Below are positions 52,331 through 64,000 of a stretch of DNA of 64,000 nucleotides, in pieces. Source of the stretch: Eledone cirrhosa. Its lineage: Eukaryota. The DNA is taken from the NCBI GenBank assembly GCA_964016885.1, contig OZ024746.1, positions 83,762,001 to 83,826,000 on the forward strand, given 5' to 3'. The stretch's first letter is position 1, and every line of letters begins with the position of its first letter. The notes under the pieces were generated by a model that saw nothing but the letters and a program-made list of their open reading frames with translations, was not told the origin of the DNA and did not search any database. The position numbers were made by a program, and so were the translations under genes.

Positions 52331-52803
52331 TGAAAAGAAACAATGCACTTATTAATAAGAAGAATTGAAATTAATGCATGCAAGATTTCACATGCTCCAC
52401 TGAGTGCACTAGGAAGATTGTCATATCTTTGACACAGCTAAAGAGTTCTCCCTACTCTTTGTTTGCCCTTCATATCACCAACACTAGAGAGGTTGTCATG
52501 CCCTTGATCCAACTGAAACGTCTTCTCTAGCCCTTTTGGCTCATCAAGACATGTCCAACCCTTGCTAGCAGGGAAAAACAGATGTTAAATTATGATGATG
52601 CTTTACAAGTTTACTGCAACTGTCATTTTCCTGACAGCAACCCAACAAGAAAATTGTGATAGAGTGAAACTTGAGATTTGACTATAAACTATACTGCATG
52701 TATTGAATGAATATTGTATTCACTCATATGTATACACACAGGACCCCCCCCCCCCTTACACAGACATACACATATTTTAAAATCTTTTTTTATTTAATTT
52801 CAG

Positions 52804-52898
52804 GGTCCAGTTGTTGAACATATTTCTAAACGATGTGGTGGGTTTTTAAAATCTTTGAGTCTGAGAGGATGTCAGAGTATAACAGATGGTGCTTTAAT
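52804..52898 (+). CDS. FBXL20: FBXL2/FBXL20-family exon (first LRR)
   Basis: tttcag|GGT...AT|gtaagt; GPVVEHISKRCGGFLKSLSLRGCQSITDGAL(M); 95 nt, phase 0-2. Confidence 0.97.
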
Positions 52899-55439
52899 GT
52901 AAGTATTCTCATTTACCAATTTATTCTTTCATTGCTATATAGCTACTCAGTGCTATAAGTTTTACATTACTGCTACACAAATTGTGGTGTAATTCACTTT
53001 GTTCTTCAACATCATTTTTTTCTATTTTCATAATATTTTGTGATAGAACATACCTGTTTAGCTATGTAACCTATATAACTAAACAATATATACCCCAGGT
53101 TAGAAATATACAAACATACAATTAAAATTGTTTAGGGAAAACCAGGTATTGAAAACTTGTGTAAAGCAGGACATCACCAGTTAAAGCTTATGTACAGCTT
53201 TGAGTTTGATTACCAACTAGGGCACATTTTTTAATATATCGGATATATTAAGAAAAGTAAATTGTTTTTGTGCACTACTACTACTACTACTCACTGTAGA
53301 AACCATACCTATAAGAGTTGAGAGGACTCTTTAGTTGTGTCAAAGACATAACAAACTCTCTAGTGTTGGTGATCTACACGAGAAATGCTCCCAGTATACT
53401 GTAAAGTAGTTGGTATTAGGAAGGGTATCCAGCTGTTGAAAGCTTGCAAAACAACAGGTTGGGAGGACTGTTTAGTTGTGTCAAGAACATGATAACCTCC
53501 CTAGTGTTGATGATCTATACAATAAAAGCACCCAGTACATGCATCCAGCTGTAGAATGCTTGCCTATCAAGGGGTTGGGAGTACCCTTCAGTTTGTGCAA
53601 CAAAACACTTCTCTATGCTCGATAGAACATATGATGATGAACAAATGATGATGATGGTGATTGTTATTATTATTATTCCTGGGAGGGACATGTGGGCAGA
53701 GTTCTGAAGCACACCTTCCAGCAGGTCCTGTCATAAGCAACTATCTCTTATTGATTCAGCTGGATCCTCAAGTGAGACCAACCGAGCTCATGGATGTTAT
53801 CCAACCATCTTGCTCATGGTCAACAAGAACAGAAGATAAAAGACAATAGAATTGATCATACCAATTAGGTTTTATCTGCAGGCTGCAGATCTAAACATAT
53901 TAATTACTCTGTAAATCAACATTTGGACTAAAAAAACTGGTGTGGGCTTCTCAGGCTGGTATTTATTAGTAGTAGTAGTACTAACACAGCCTGATTTGGA
54001 ATAGATAAGTATATGAAAGCATATATTATATGTTTATGTTTAATAAACACATAAATCTCAATGTGAATATTTTTGATCACAGCTTAAAATACTCACAGCA
54101 AGACTTATATATATGTTTATTTTATATAAATATATTGTATATATTTCCATATACGCCTCTATTAAGAACTAGTGAGACAGCATTACAATTATTTTTGTGT
54201 TGGCATCTTGGCTAGAGCCAAATCTACTTTTGTTAGTCATTACTGGGATAATTATCGGTAGAGATTAACCTTAGCCTATATACTGTGCTATACCTCTATA
54301 AACATTTGAAAGTTTCTTTTGGAAATAACATGGTTAAAGTTTAGCTCTTTAGATTAATCTGTCTGCTAATCTATCCTAATTTAATTTAAAGAGAAGAGGC
54401 ATGGGATCAAAAAAGGTAAAAGGGAAAGAAAAATAAATATCTCATCTAATGTGGTTATTGATTAATTGTATTGATAATAGTGGGAGATATTTTCTTTTTT
54501 TCACCACCTACCCTAATTTTACAAAATTTTTATTACGGCCAGTTATTGATTTTCAGTCACTTAATAAGCAATTAATTCTAATGACCACAACTTATTGATT
54601 TAGCTTCACTTCCTGAAGTTGATCACATGGTTACTGGCTAGTCTCCACCCACAATCATTTATTTTTACCAGTTTTTATTAATAGTAAACTGCCCTTATTA
54701 ATGTATCAAAGTTAATCTTCCCTTACCAAAGCTACAAGATTATCCTTCCTTGCTTTCTTTTTTTTTCTCTCTCTCCACCAGATTATCTATGAGATGGCTT
54801 GGCTTTAGTCTCAGTTTGTTTTGTTTTTTTCTTCTTTCTTTCAAATTTTTTTGGTTTTATAGTATTTTGTTACGCATGTGTAATAGCCATTGCCAAGGTG
54901 AATGTTAATTGGATGAATGAGGTCAGTGGGATGAGGTTGTGTTTATACAGATAATGAATGTGTGTTTCAGTTAATCTTAATGAAATCAAAGTCAGATCAG
55001 TACTTGGGTGTTTAGCTGTTTCAATCTAACAAGTAAGCATTAGCTCTAGCTACTGGGCATTGTTAGTGACAATCTGCCAAAAATGCTCTTTCAGTTTTGA
55101 CAGCTGCTCTTGGTTAAATGGCTGATGAAGATAGTAAAGATGATCATTGTTTTTGTTTCTTATTGACATTTAATTAATATATTAAAATGTGCATGGATGG
55201 ATCAGTGTGTGGTGGTACAAGCTAACTCTTTGGTAACAGATCTAATTTGTTCCCAAATCTCAATTGTTACCTCGAAATTCATTACCAAACTAATTAAAAC
55301 ATATATTTTCAGGACAATTTGAAAGTTTATGCATAAAGCATTCCTTTTACAATTAATGTAACACTTATCATCAATAAATTATTCTTAATTTAGATGCTAG
55401 ATCAGCAATTTGTGGGGAGGGAAAAGTTGATTACATTAA

Positions 55440-55650
55440 CACTTTAGCATTTACATTACTCTATATTTACTATTATATCTTCACGGTAAAGGCTTTACCT
55501 TACATAATTATCTCACATAATAGCGAATCTATGAAATTTTGGTATTATTTATTTTGAGAACAATACCTTAACATCAGTATGAGTGGCTGGTTACAGCTGG
55601 TTTGAACAGAAAAAAGTGAGTGAGAGAGAATTCTTGCCAGATATGGCTGG
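55440..55650 (-). mobile_element. piggyBac-like MITE P1 nested in a SINE A copy (about 55398-55780)
   Basis: TTAA-cactttagcatttaca...; SINE tail precedes it and SINE core/head follows. Confidence 0.72.
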
Positions 55651-57567
55651 TATTTTATTTTATTCACCATGAAAGGATGAAAGGCAAAGTTGATCTTGGT
55701 GGGATTTGAACTTGGAACATAAAGAGCTGTAACTAAATGCTGCAAAGCATTTAGTCTGATCTGCTAATAGTTCTGCCAAAAATCATTAACTAATAAGGTA
55801 ATAAATTACAAGAATAAATAAACAGAAAGAAAAAAATGAATAAATAGATTATTTTGAAAATCTTTTTTATGGAGATATGAAAGCTAATGGATATTGAAAT
55901 AAACATTTATAAAATACGCAGGTGTTATTACATGATAAATGACATTTTAAAATAAAATCTGTAAAATGGAGAAATAATTTAAAATAATTAATCAGTTAAT
56001 TAAAGTAATGGTCAGTTTCAATCCATGTGATATGTGTATGAAGGGAAATAATTCGACAGGATTCTTGTGTGTCCATGCAGGCCTGTGCTCACCATTCACA
56101 TTCAATATAAAAAATTTTTAAAAATTAGAAATTTAAAGAATAAAAAACATTATAGATTAACAATTTATAACATTTACACAATTTCTTCTCATTTGTGTTT
56201 GGCAGGCCAAACACAAGTGAGAAGAAATTGTGTCATTTTTTTTTAAAGTAGAATGGTTGTTTTTTGTGCAATATTTTAAAAGTTGCAAATATTTATAGAT
56301 CCATTGACTACTTTATCTGTATACTTATTTTAGTATTGTGGTATAAGTATTATTTCCATCATTAATCATTTTTGTGGGGAAGATAGATAAGTTTTGTTTT
56401 GTGTGATATTGGGCATGGTGAGCTAGCAGAAAAGTACCAGCTTGTATGTCCAATATAACAGTTAATGGTGTAAAATTTACAACATCTATGAATCACATTA
56501 GACATTAAGTAGCTTGTTGTGGACTTGGAGGCTTGTGATGTGTTATTTGATGAGAACATCATTAATTTTACTGCTTTTGCAGTATATTATTGACATCAGT
56601 TTCTGGTTTGGTACAAATCATTTTATGTTCTGTTTTATGAAAGTTTTGATGATATGTTAATCTATTCTATAGTTAGTATGCATTTTATTAATGTAATACA
56701 CTTTATGTAGCCTACTATCTGATGTATTTATTACATTGTATTTGTCTCTGTCACGTTCTATAGCTTGATCTACTAGTTTCTATACTCATTGTTAACTACT
56801 GTTGTTTTATTCCATAGATTTCTTTATGTATGGGTTTATTTTATACAGGAGAATCTCAACGCACTTCCACACACACACACACACACACACACGCGTGCAT
56901 GCACACACACATACTCTCCCTCCCTCTCACACTCACGCACAAAAACACAATTGGAATTACTAAATAACAGAAGTTTCATTGTTGAGACCAATGCCAGGCC
57001 TGATAGAACTGACAGGATCAAAGGAATTCCAGCTGTGACCATCCTGCCTTTTTTTATATATGAAGGCCTACTTTTACTAATATATCTCTAATTCAAAATA
57101 TTAGGATGTAAGCTGAAGGAGATTTTGTTGCTATTTTTAACAGGTTGGGCAAGCATGTATAAATAAAGTTTGGTGTGTACAATTTTTTTAAGGTGTAGGT
57201 GGTTATTTAGAGAAGTAGAAGTGATTGGTAATAGCTTGGTTTTGATGCCTGATTGCAATCATTTCATTTCATTTAAATTGATAAAGCTCTTGGAAAGCAT
57301 AAATGTCTTATAATCTAATTTCTTGTCCACTATTAATATGAAGCTTTGTGCCAATTTAAGAAATCATGCCCTAGAACAAGAGGTAAGTTCCCAACAAGTA
57401 TACTATGAAAGCTGAATCTGTTAATTTTCTTAGAAGTAGTATTGGCACCATGATATCCCATTTCCACTACTGCTATCAATTTTAATTGATACTTTGCTCA
57501 CCACCTTCATTGAAAATACTGTGAAACTTAAATTTAAAGCTCTATATCATATTATATTATATTATAG

Positions 57568-57636
57568 GAAATTCTCACAACAGTGCAGAAATATAGAAGA
57601 ATTAAATTTGAATAACTGTAAAAAGATCACAGACCT
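57568..57636 (+). CDS. FBXL20: FBXL2/FBXL20-family exon (cysteine-containing LRR)
   Basis: attatag|G AAA...CT|gtaagt; (M)KFSQQCRNIEELNLNNCKKITD(L); 69 nt, phase 2-2. Confidence 0.95.
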
Positions 57637-57689
57637 GTAAGTATGATCCATTAAAACATTATTTAATGATTTTCCTGTCTGTCTGCCCC

Positions 57690-58231
<542 letters not shown>

Positions 58232-58481
58232 TTTATTCTTATTCTTACAACATAGCAAAGCATATGTTTGCTAAGCTTCATCATAAATTACTCTGATGAA
58301 ACTTGAGAAACATGCTTTGCTGAAACATTGTGGCCATTTTGTAACAATATAAATAAACCTTCTCGTACAATACTCTATTATAAATATTGGGTTCTTCCTC
58401 TTTTGTGGGTAACACTAGGCTCAGAAGTCTCCCTCTCTCTATCTATCTATCAACAACTGATTCTTTTTTCAAATACCAAAA

Positions 58482-58651
58482 GACTTTACCTCACATAATT
58501 ATCTCACATAATATCGAATCTATGAGATTTTGATATTATTTATTTTGAGAACAATACCTTAAAATAAGTATAAGCAGCTAGTTATGGTCTGTTTAAACAA
58601 AAAGAAGTGAGAGAATTCTGGTCGGATATGGCCTGTTTAAATGCTAAAGGG
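58482..58651 (-). mobile_element. piggyBac-like MITE P1 (one end)
   Basis: ...gagaattctggtcggatatggcctgtttaaatgctaaaggg-TTAA. Confidence 0.75.
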
Positions 58652-59648
58652 TTAAGCCTTTTGATAACAAACTGCCTGAAACCACCATTGGTCCTATGAC
58701 AGAAAAGCTATTTGTTTTTAAATGTTTATATTTATGTAAAAACATTCCATATGTGGAGATAACAAAGTGTGAAGATAATGCAATATGTGGAAATAAAGAA
58801 TTTATACTGTTTACAGAAAATATCTTAGTAAAAGAAAGATACTAGCAATGTTTGAGGGAAGTCAATACGCTGCCCAAAATGTGAATTATAATTGTTTCCA
58901 TCTATTAACTACTGAACTGCATTGTAGAATTGAGGTGACATCAAACACTACAACAGGAATGAGATAACACTTCAATTTTAATTTATATTTCAAAAACCAG
59001 CTTAATAATGAGAAAGATATTTTACTAAATCCCTCCAAATTCATTATTTTCAAAATTATTATTAGAAATATGGTAATGAAAAAATTCACCCTGAAACATC
59101 AAAGGTCTTTCTAGTTCGATTTCTAGAGCGTCAACCTTATAAGAACATTTGTTTACATTTGTCTTTCATCTTATTGTTCTTTCCTTGTCAAATTTGCATA
59201 CACACACGCAATTCTCAATATGCACTTATTTCACTGCCTCTCTTGGGTTTGACTCGAGTGGGTGTACGTGTTCATGCATATTTATCGCATATCATTGAAC
59301 ATAATGCAACTTAATGAAAACAAAGACATACCAAATGAGGTTGCTTAATCCAATCAATAATTAGGTAGGATTAAAATGTCATGTACGCATAGATATTTAT
59401 TTGAGTGTGTATATGCATATGATCTTTATATATAGGCATATATATATATATAAAATGGTGATGATGATGATATATATCTATATATATATGTGTGTATGTA
59501 TGTGAATATGCACACACACATGTATTTGTGTGTGTTTGTGATATATATATATATGCATTTAATAGGTCATCATTAAAGTGCAGACTGTCTGTCATTCTTG
59601 TGCATTGTTCTCAGTTCAAATCGTACTGGAGTTGACTTTGCCTTGTAT

Positions 59649-60010
59649 AATAATAATGAAATATTGTGTACAGTGCTCGGGTGCACTCATCAAAAAGTGT
59701 ATGTACATAGTGTAATGTGCAAACGTCAGGAAAATGAACAGTGCATGAGTCATGATATACACGTGTGCATGTGTATGGAAAGGGTATATCGGGTGTAGTT
59801 TTGGCGAATTTCGGGAAGCATGAGGGTTTTAAAGGATGCAGTGTCTCGGCAGTTAACAACTGATGCAGGCAGTTTGTTCCATGCTTCAGCAACTCTGAGC
59901 ATGCAAAAATGTTTACGAAAGTCACGGGAGCTGTGCTGTTTTCTGATTTTGTAGGCATGTCCACGTGTGTTAGACACATGGAGATCAAAAAGGTGCTCAG
60001 GGTTGTTGTT
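59649..60010 (-). mobile_element. CR1-clade LINE 3' end
   Basis: SNTRGHAYKIRKQHSSRDFRKHFCMLRVAEAWNKLPASVVNCRDTASFK; (ATT)n tail. Confidence 0.88.
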
Positions 60011-60191
60011 GGCGTATCTTTCTATAAAGATAAGTGCAAATTTCTGTGTGTGTCTGCATGGGTTTTTGGCTTTGGCAAACATAAGTATTCTGTAAAATTA
60101 AATATGTCGTTGAAAGTTCATATCGTACTCCTGACACAAAATACATTTTGCCTTTTAATTGTAAGTTATTCACAACAATAAAGGATATAAA

Positions 60192-60490
60192 ATAATAATA
60201 ATAATGAAATTATTGTGTACAGTGCTCAGGTGCACTACAACTCATCAAAGGAGCATGTATAATACATTGAATAATATATAAATGTCAGGGAAGTGAATAG
60301 TGCATGAGTCATGATATACATGTGTGCATGTGTATGGAGGGGGAATATTAGGTGTAGTGTTGGCGAATCTCAGGGAGCATGGATATTTTAAAGGATGCAG
60401 TGTCTCGACAGCTAATAACTGATGCTGGTAGTTTGTTCCATGCTTCAGCAACTCTGAGCGTGAAAAAATGTTTCCGAAAGTCATGAGAGT
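60192..60490 (-). mobile_element. CR1-clade LINE 3' end, second copy
   Basis: HDFRKHFFTLRVAEAWNKLPASVISCRDTASFK; same 3' UTR and (ATT)n tail. Confidence 0.88.
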
Positions 60491-61182
60491 CAATTACATA
60501 AAATATGTAAAAAATGCTATATTTGAAAGCTGGCATACATTCAAATCTCATCTAATGTGCTATACTGGGCTGTTTCAATCATACCTCTGCTCATTACTGG
60601 TTCAAATCCCATCTTTACTTAATTAAGTTGGATGTTTGTGGCAGGGAGAGTTACCATTTTGTAGAGAATAAACAATGTTGTATTAAATTAAATAAACTAC
60701 AAGGTGCCAGTTCGCATCATTTACATAAAAAAATGTAAGTTTTCCCTTTTCATACAATTGTATACATTGATAAATTCATTACAAAACATGTGTGCTCAAA
60801 CACATACGTACACTAGCAGAAAACTTTCCAGAGTTTGGCATTTCTGCTCATAGCTGTAATATGATAAGTAACTGTAATATATTGAGATTGACTTCATAAT
60901 TTTATATTCCCTCCTAGTCAAAATTGTCTTCTAGTAAAAATACTATAAACATTTGAATTAATAAATCATTACAGGATATTAAAAGTTAAGCTGCAAATTT
61001 CAGGCTTTGATTACATAGCCACCTCTCTCTAAGTAAAACATTTCTTAATTATCAAAGAGGATTCTGTTTCTATATGTTTTTCTGAAGTAGAAAACAAAAA
61101 CAAACATAAGAAAAACATACATGTGCTCTCTCTCTCTCTCTCTCTCACAACCACCACCACTAGCAACAACAACCAGAAATAT

Positions 61183-61380
61183 CATTTAAACTGGCGGTAT
61201 CCTGCCAGAATTCTCTCGACTTTCTGTTCAAACCGGCCGCTCATACATACATTAAGGTTTGTTTTTAAAATAAATAACATCAAAATCTCATAGATTCGAT
61301 ATTATGTGAGATAATTGTTAGATAAAATATTTACCATGAGAATATAATAGTATATAAAGAATAATGTAAATGCTAAAGGG
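61183..61380 (+). mobile_element. piggyBac-like MITE P1
   Basis: catttaaactgg...gccagaattctctc...taatgtaaatgctaaaggg-TTAA. Confidence 0.75.
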
Positions 61381-61854
61381 TTAAATAGATTTGTTTTTTA
61401 TGATGATAATGGAACTTTTTGTGTGGAATTTTCCGTAATATCTTTTCAGAAGGGCTGAAACATTTGCATGGGGAGACGGTGGGGTGAGGGGTCTTCTCTG
61501 AGGGTTTCTGCTGTCCAGCCCTCCTGAGAGTTTTTTACCACTGTAAATAGGTGAATTTTTTTACCTGGTGAACATTTATTTGAATATTGCCTGGGTTTCT
61601 CTCTCCCCACTAGTATTAATGATACATTGTTTGATAAGATTTTCTTGGGACAATTTTATTAGTTTTCCCTTCCATTGTTCTACAGACATCAACCTGTAGA
61701 TGTTCAGAATGGGCCTTAGCTGCATCAATTTCACCAAGCTGGGAGGAGTGTGTGAAAAGCATATGAGCATTACCCCGTCTTCTTTGACTAACTAATATGA
61801 AGAAGAAAAAAATTAAGCTAGCTTGTGACTCTTCATTTATCTCTTCTTTTTCAG

Positions 61855-61950
61855 AACTTGTCAGAGTTTAGGGAAATATTGTGTGAAGTTATCCCGATTA
61901 AATTTGTCCTCGTGTACAGAGATTTCAAACAATTCTTTGAAATTTTTGAG
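61855..61950 (+). CDS. FBXL20: FBXL2/FBXL20-family exon (LRR)
   Basis: tttttcag|A ACT...AG|gtaagt; (L)TCQSLGKYCVKLSRLNLSSCTEISNNSLKFL(S); 96 nt, phase 2-2. Confidence 0.95.
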
Positions 61951-62514
61951 GTAAGTAAAAGGAATATTTTAAATTAAGACTATAATTTTATGGACCTCAG
62001 TTTGCATTTATATATTTTCTTGTATGCCTTGCAGTTCTTTTTAAAATATAGAAGATGGACAAATTAGATATTGTACCCCTATTATACATATGTATGAATT
62101 AAGAATGTGGTGGTCGTGGATGGAAGACTCTGATCATTGATCTGCTGTGGTTTAATGGATAAGAACATTATTTCCCTGGGTTTAAGAATAAAAGTTTCTT
62201 AGTTAAAATTCAGTATGGACTATATATAAACCTAGGTATAAAACACTTCTGTGGTACAATTATAACATTGTGAAAATGAAAGGAAAACTGAAAATTGAAA
62301 TCATATATATATATATCATTACCATTTAACGTCCATTTTTCCATGCTGGCACTCATTGAAGTTTTGTGGTTCACCATTGATTAAAACTTGTCATCCCGTA
62401 TAGTTAACCATGATATATATATTTGTATATCCAGCCATTTTCAATTCACTGCTGGATGAAGCATCAATAACTAAGCTAATTTTAGGCCTACCTGTCTACA
62501 TTGACTGAATTTAA

Positions 62515-62675
62515 ATTGGACAGGGCATGGAATTTGAGCTCAGAACATAAACAGCCAGGACAAATACTGCAAAGAATGAAAGGCAAAGTTGACCATGGCA
62601 GGATTTGAACTCAAGGTTCAGAGAACAAGAACAAATACTGCAAAGCATTTAATTCAACTACATAACAACTCTAGT
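62515..62675 (-). mobile_element. two tandem SINE A head fragments
   Basis: ggaatttgagctcagaac..aaatactgcaaag, then gaaaggcaaagttgacc..ggatttgaactc..aaatactgcaaagcatt. Confidence 0.7.
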
Positions 62676-63248
62676 AGTTAGATACCATTGATCTGTATGA
62701 GTTAAAACAACAATGATATAGGAACATTTATGTTACTTGCAAGGGAGAAAACTCAGATGATGTGAATGTAAAACTAAATAAGAAAAACAAACATGGCAAT
62801 GATAGTTAGGATCACAGAAAATATATAAAAGTGAATGTATATCTGTTTGAATGCTCCAAGTTGTAGGCAACAGTTCTGCATCTAGATAGCTGAAATTTTG
62901 CAGAGAAGGTCATACATATATGAATATTTTCAAGGAAAAGGTCATACATAAGTTGTATACCTTTTTTTTTAATTTGTTCTTTTTAGCACTGATAGAAAAT
63001 GATTTAGCAAAAAATGTTTGTTAATTCAAATGTTTATAGTATCTTTACTGTTGGACAAATTGTTGTGAACATTTTCAATATTAGAGTAAGCACTTAATTT
63101 TTTAAGTGACTCAGTCATAGTTCTGTTTCGTATTTTTCAAGAATGTCTTGCTAATGTGGTATCAAATAAAGTCAGCTTTTTGTTTGCTTAAATTCCAGAA
63201 AAAAAAACATTTAAACGAATCTGTATTTGAATAAACAACACATGTATT

Positions 63249-63279
<31 letters not shown>

Positions 63280-63483
63280 GGGGGTAAAGCGTGTATTAGG
63301 ACATTTGAATGATAATGGTAGTTAAATAAATAAATAGTTGGTTGTACACACATTTAGCTAGAGTGGAATATTACTAAATACACTAAAACATGTATCATGT
63401 AGTATAGGACATTAAGAGTTGATGATAAAAAAATGTCATTTTTTTTTAATTGTCTTTATTTGCGATACTTTCAATGATTGCAG

Positions 63484-63610
63484 TGAGGGTTGTCCAAATC
63501 TTGAATATCTCAACATATCGTGGTCAAGTCAAGTGACCAATGATGGGGTAGATGCTTTGGCCAAAGGCTGCCCAAAAATAAAATCTTTCTATTCCAAAGG
63601 ATGTCATCAG
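63484..63610 (+). CDS. FBXL20: FBXL2/FBXL20-family exon (LRR)
   Basis: ttgcag|T GAG...CAG|gtgagt; (S)EGCPNLEYLNISWSSQVTNDGVDALAKGCPKIKSFYSKGCHQ; 127 nt, phase 2-0. Confidence 0.96.
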
Positions 63611-63896
63611 GTGAGTTGGATTTCTATATTTATAGTTTACTTCTTTCTCTTTTTTTAACCACATTATTCTGTTGATTAAATTTCAAGGGGTCATGCCAAT
63701 TTTACAATATCTCAGAGAGAAGTTCCTCATGTTTTTACAAGGGTTTGAACTCAGCACTTCAAGTCAATGGAAAACTTGTTAATTATATAAATAACCATAA
63801 CTATGATGTGAAAGTAAGACTAAAGAAGAAAAAGGATACTGTTATCTCTCCAGTGAAATATGGGCAAATATTAATTATTTAATTGTATTTTAACAG

Positions 63897-63971
63897 ATTA
63901 CTAATGATGGCATAGCTCCACTGGCCATGAGCTGCAGCAACCTACTAACTCTGAATCTTAACAGCTGCTCA
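63897..63971 (+). CDS. FBXL20: FBXL2/FBXL20-family exon (LRR); gene continues beyond window
   Basis: tttaacag|ATT...TCA|gtaagt; ITNDGIAPLAMSCSNLLTLNLNSCS; 75 nt, phase 0-0. Confidence 0.93.
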
Positions 63972-64000
63972 GTAAGTATTCTGGTCTTTTAGTGTCAGCA

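Noticed and set aside
61660-61795. Extra FBXL20 exon after ttctacag
   Set aside because: No LRR-like translation or good donor; the neighbouring exons already join in frame
63263-63284. Functional G-quadruplex
   Set aside because: Simple poly-G run after (TG)n; nothing supports function

Overview
AT-rich, repeat-dense eukaryotic genomic DNA. The repeat landscape (tRNA-derived SINEs, RTE/CR1/R4/CRE LINE fragments, abundant microsatellites) suggests an octopus or other coleoid cephalopod; this is an inference, not a database result. The only host gene found is a + strand, multi-exon F-box/leucine-rich-repeat gene of the FBXL2/FBXL20 family. Eight internal coding exons (38329-63971) have canonical AG/GT sites and join in frame. 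The start exon was not found and the gene continues past the window end. Almost all ORFs in the supplied track are microsatellite/minisatellite artefacts or LINE remnants. The most interesting unexplained structures are a pri-miRNA-like intronic hairpin (51143-51202), further hairpins, a multi-copy TTAA-flanked piggyBac-like MITE family, a tandem array apparently built from a MITE subterminus, modular and serially inserted SINEs, and a cluster of large minisatellites. I found no well-supported novel multi-gene system. Repeat boundaries are approximate and were read by eye.
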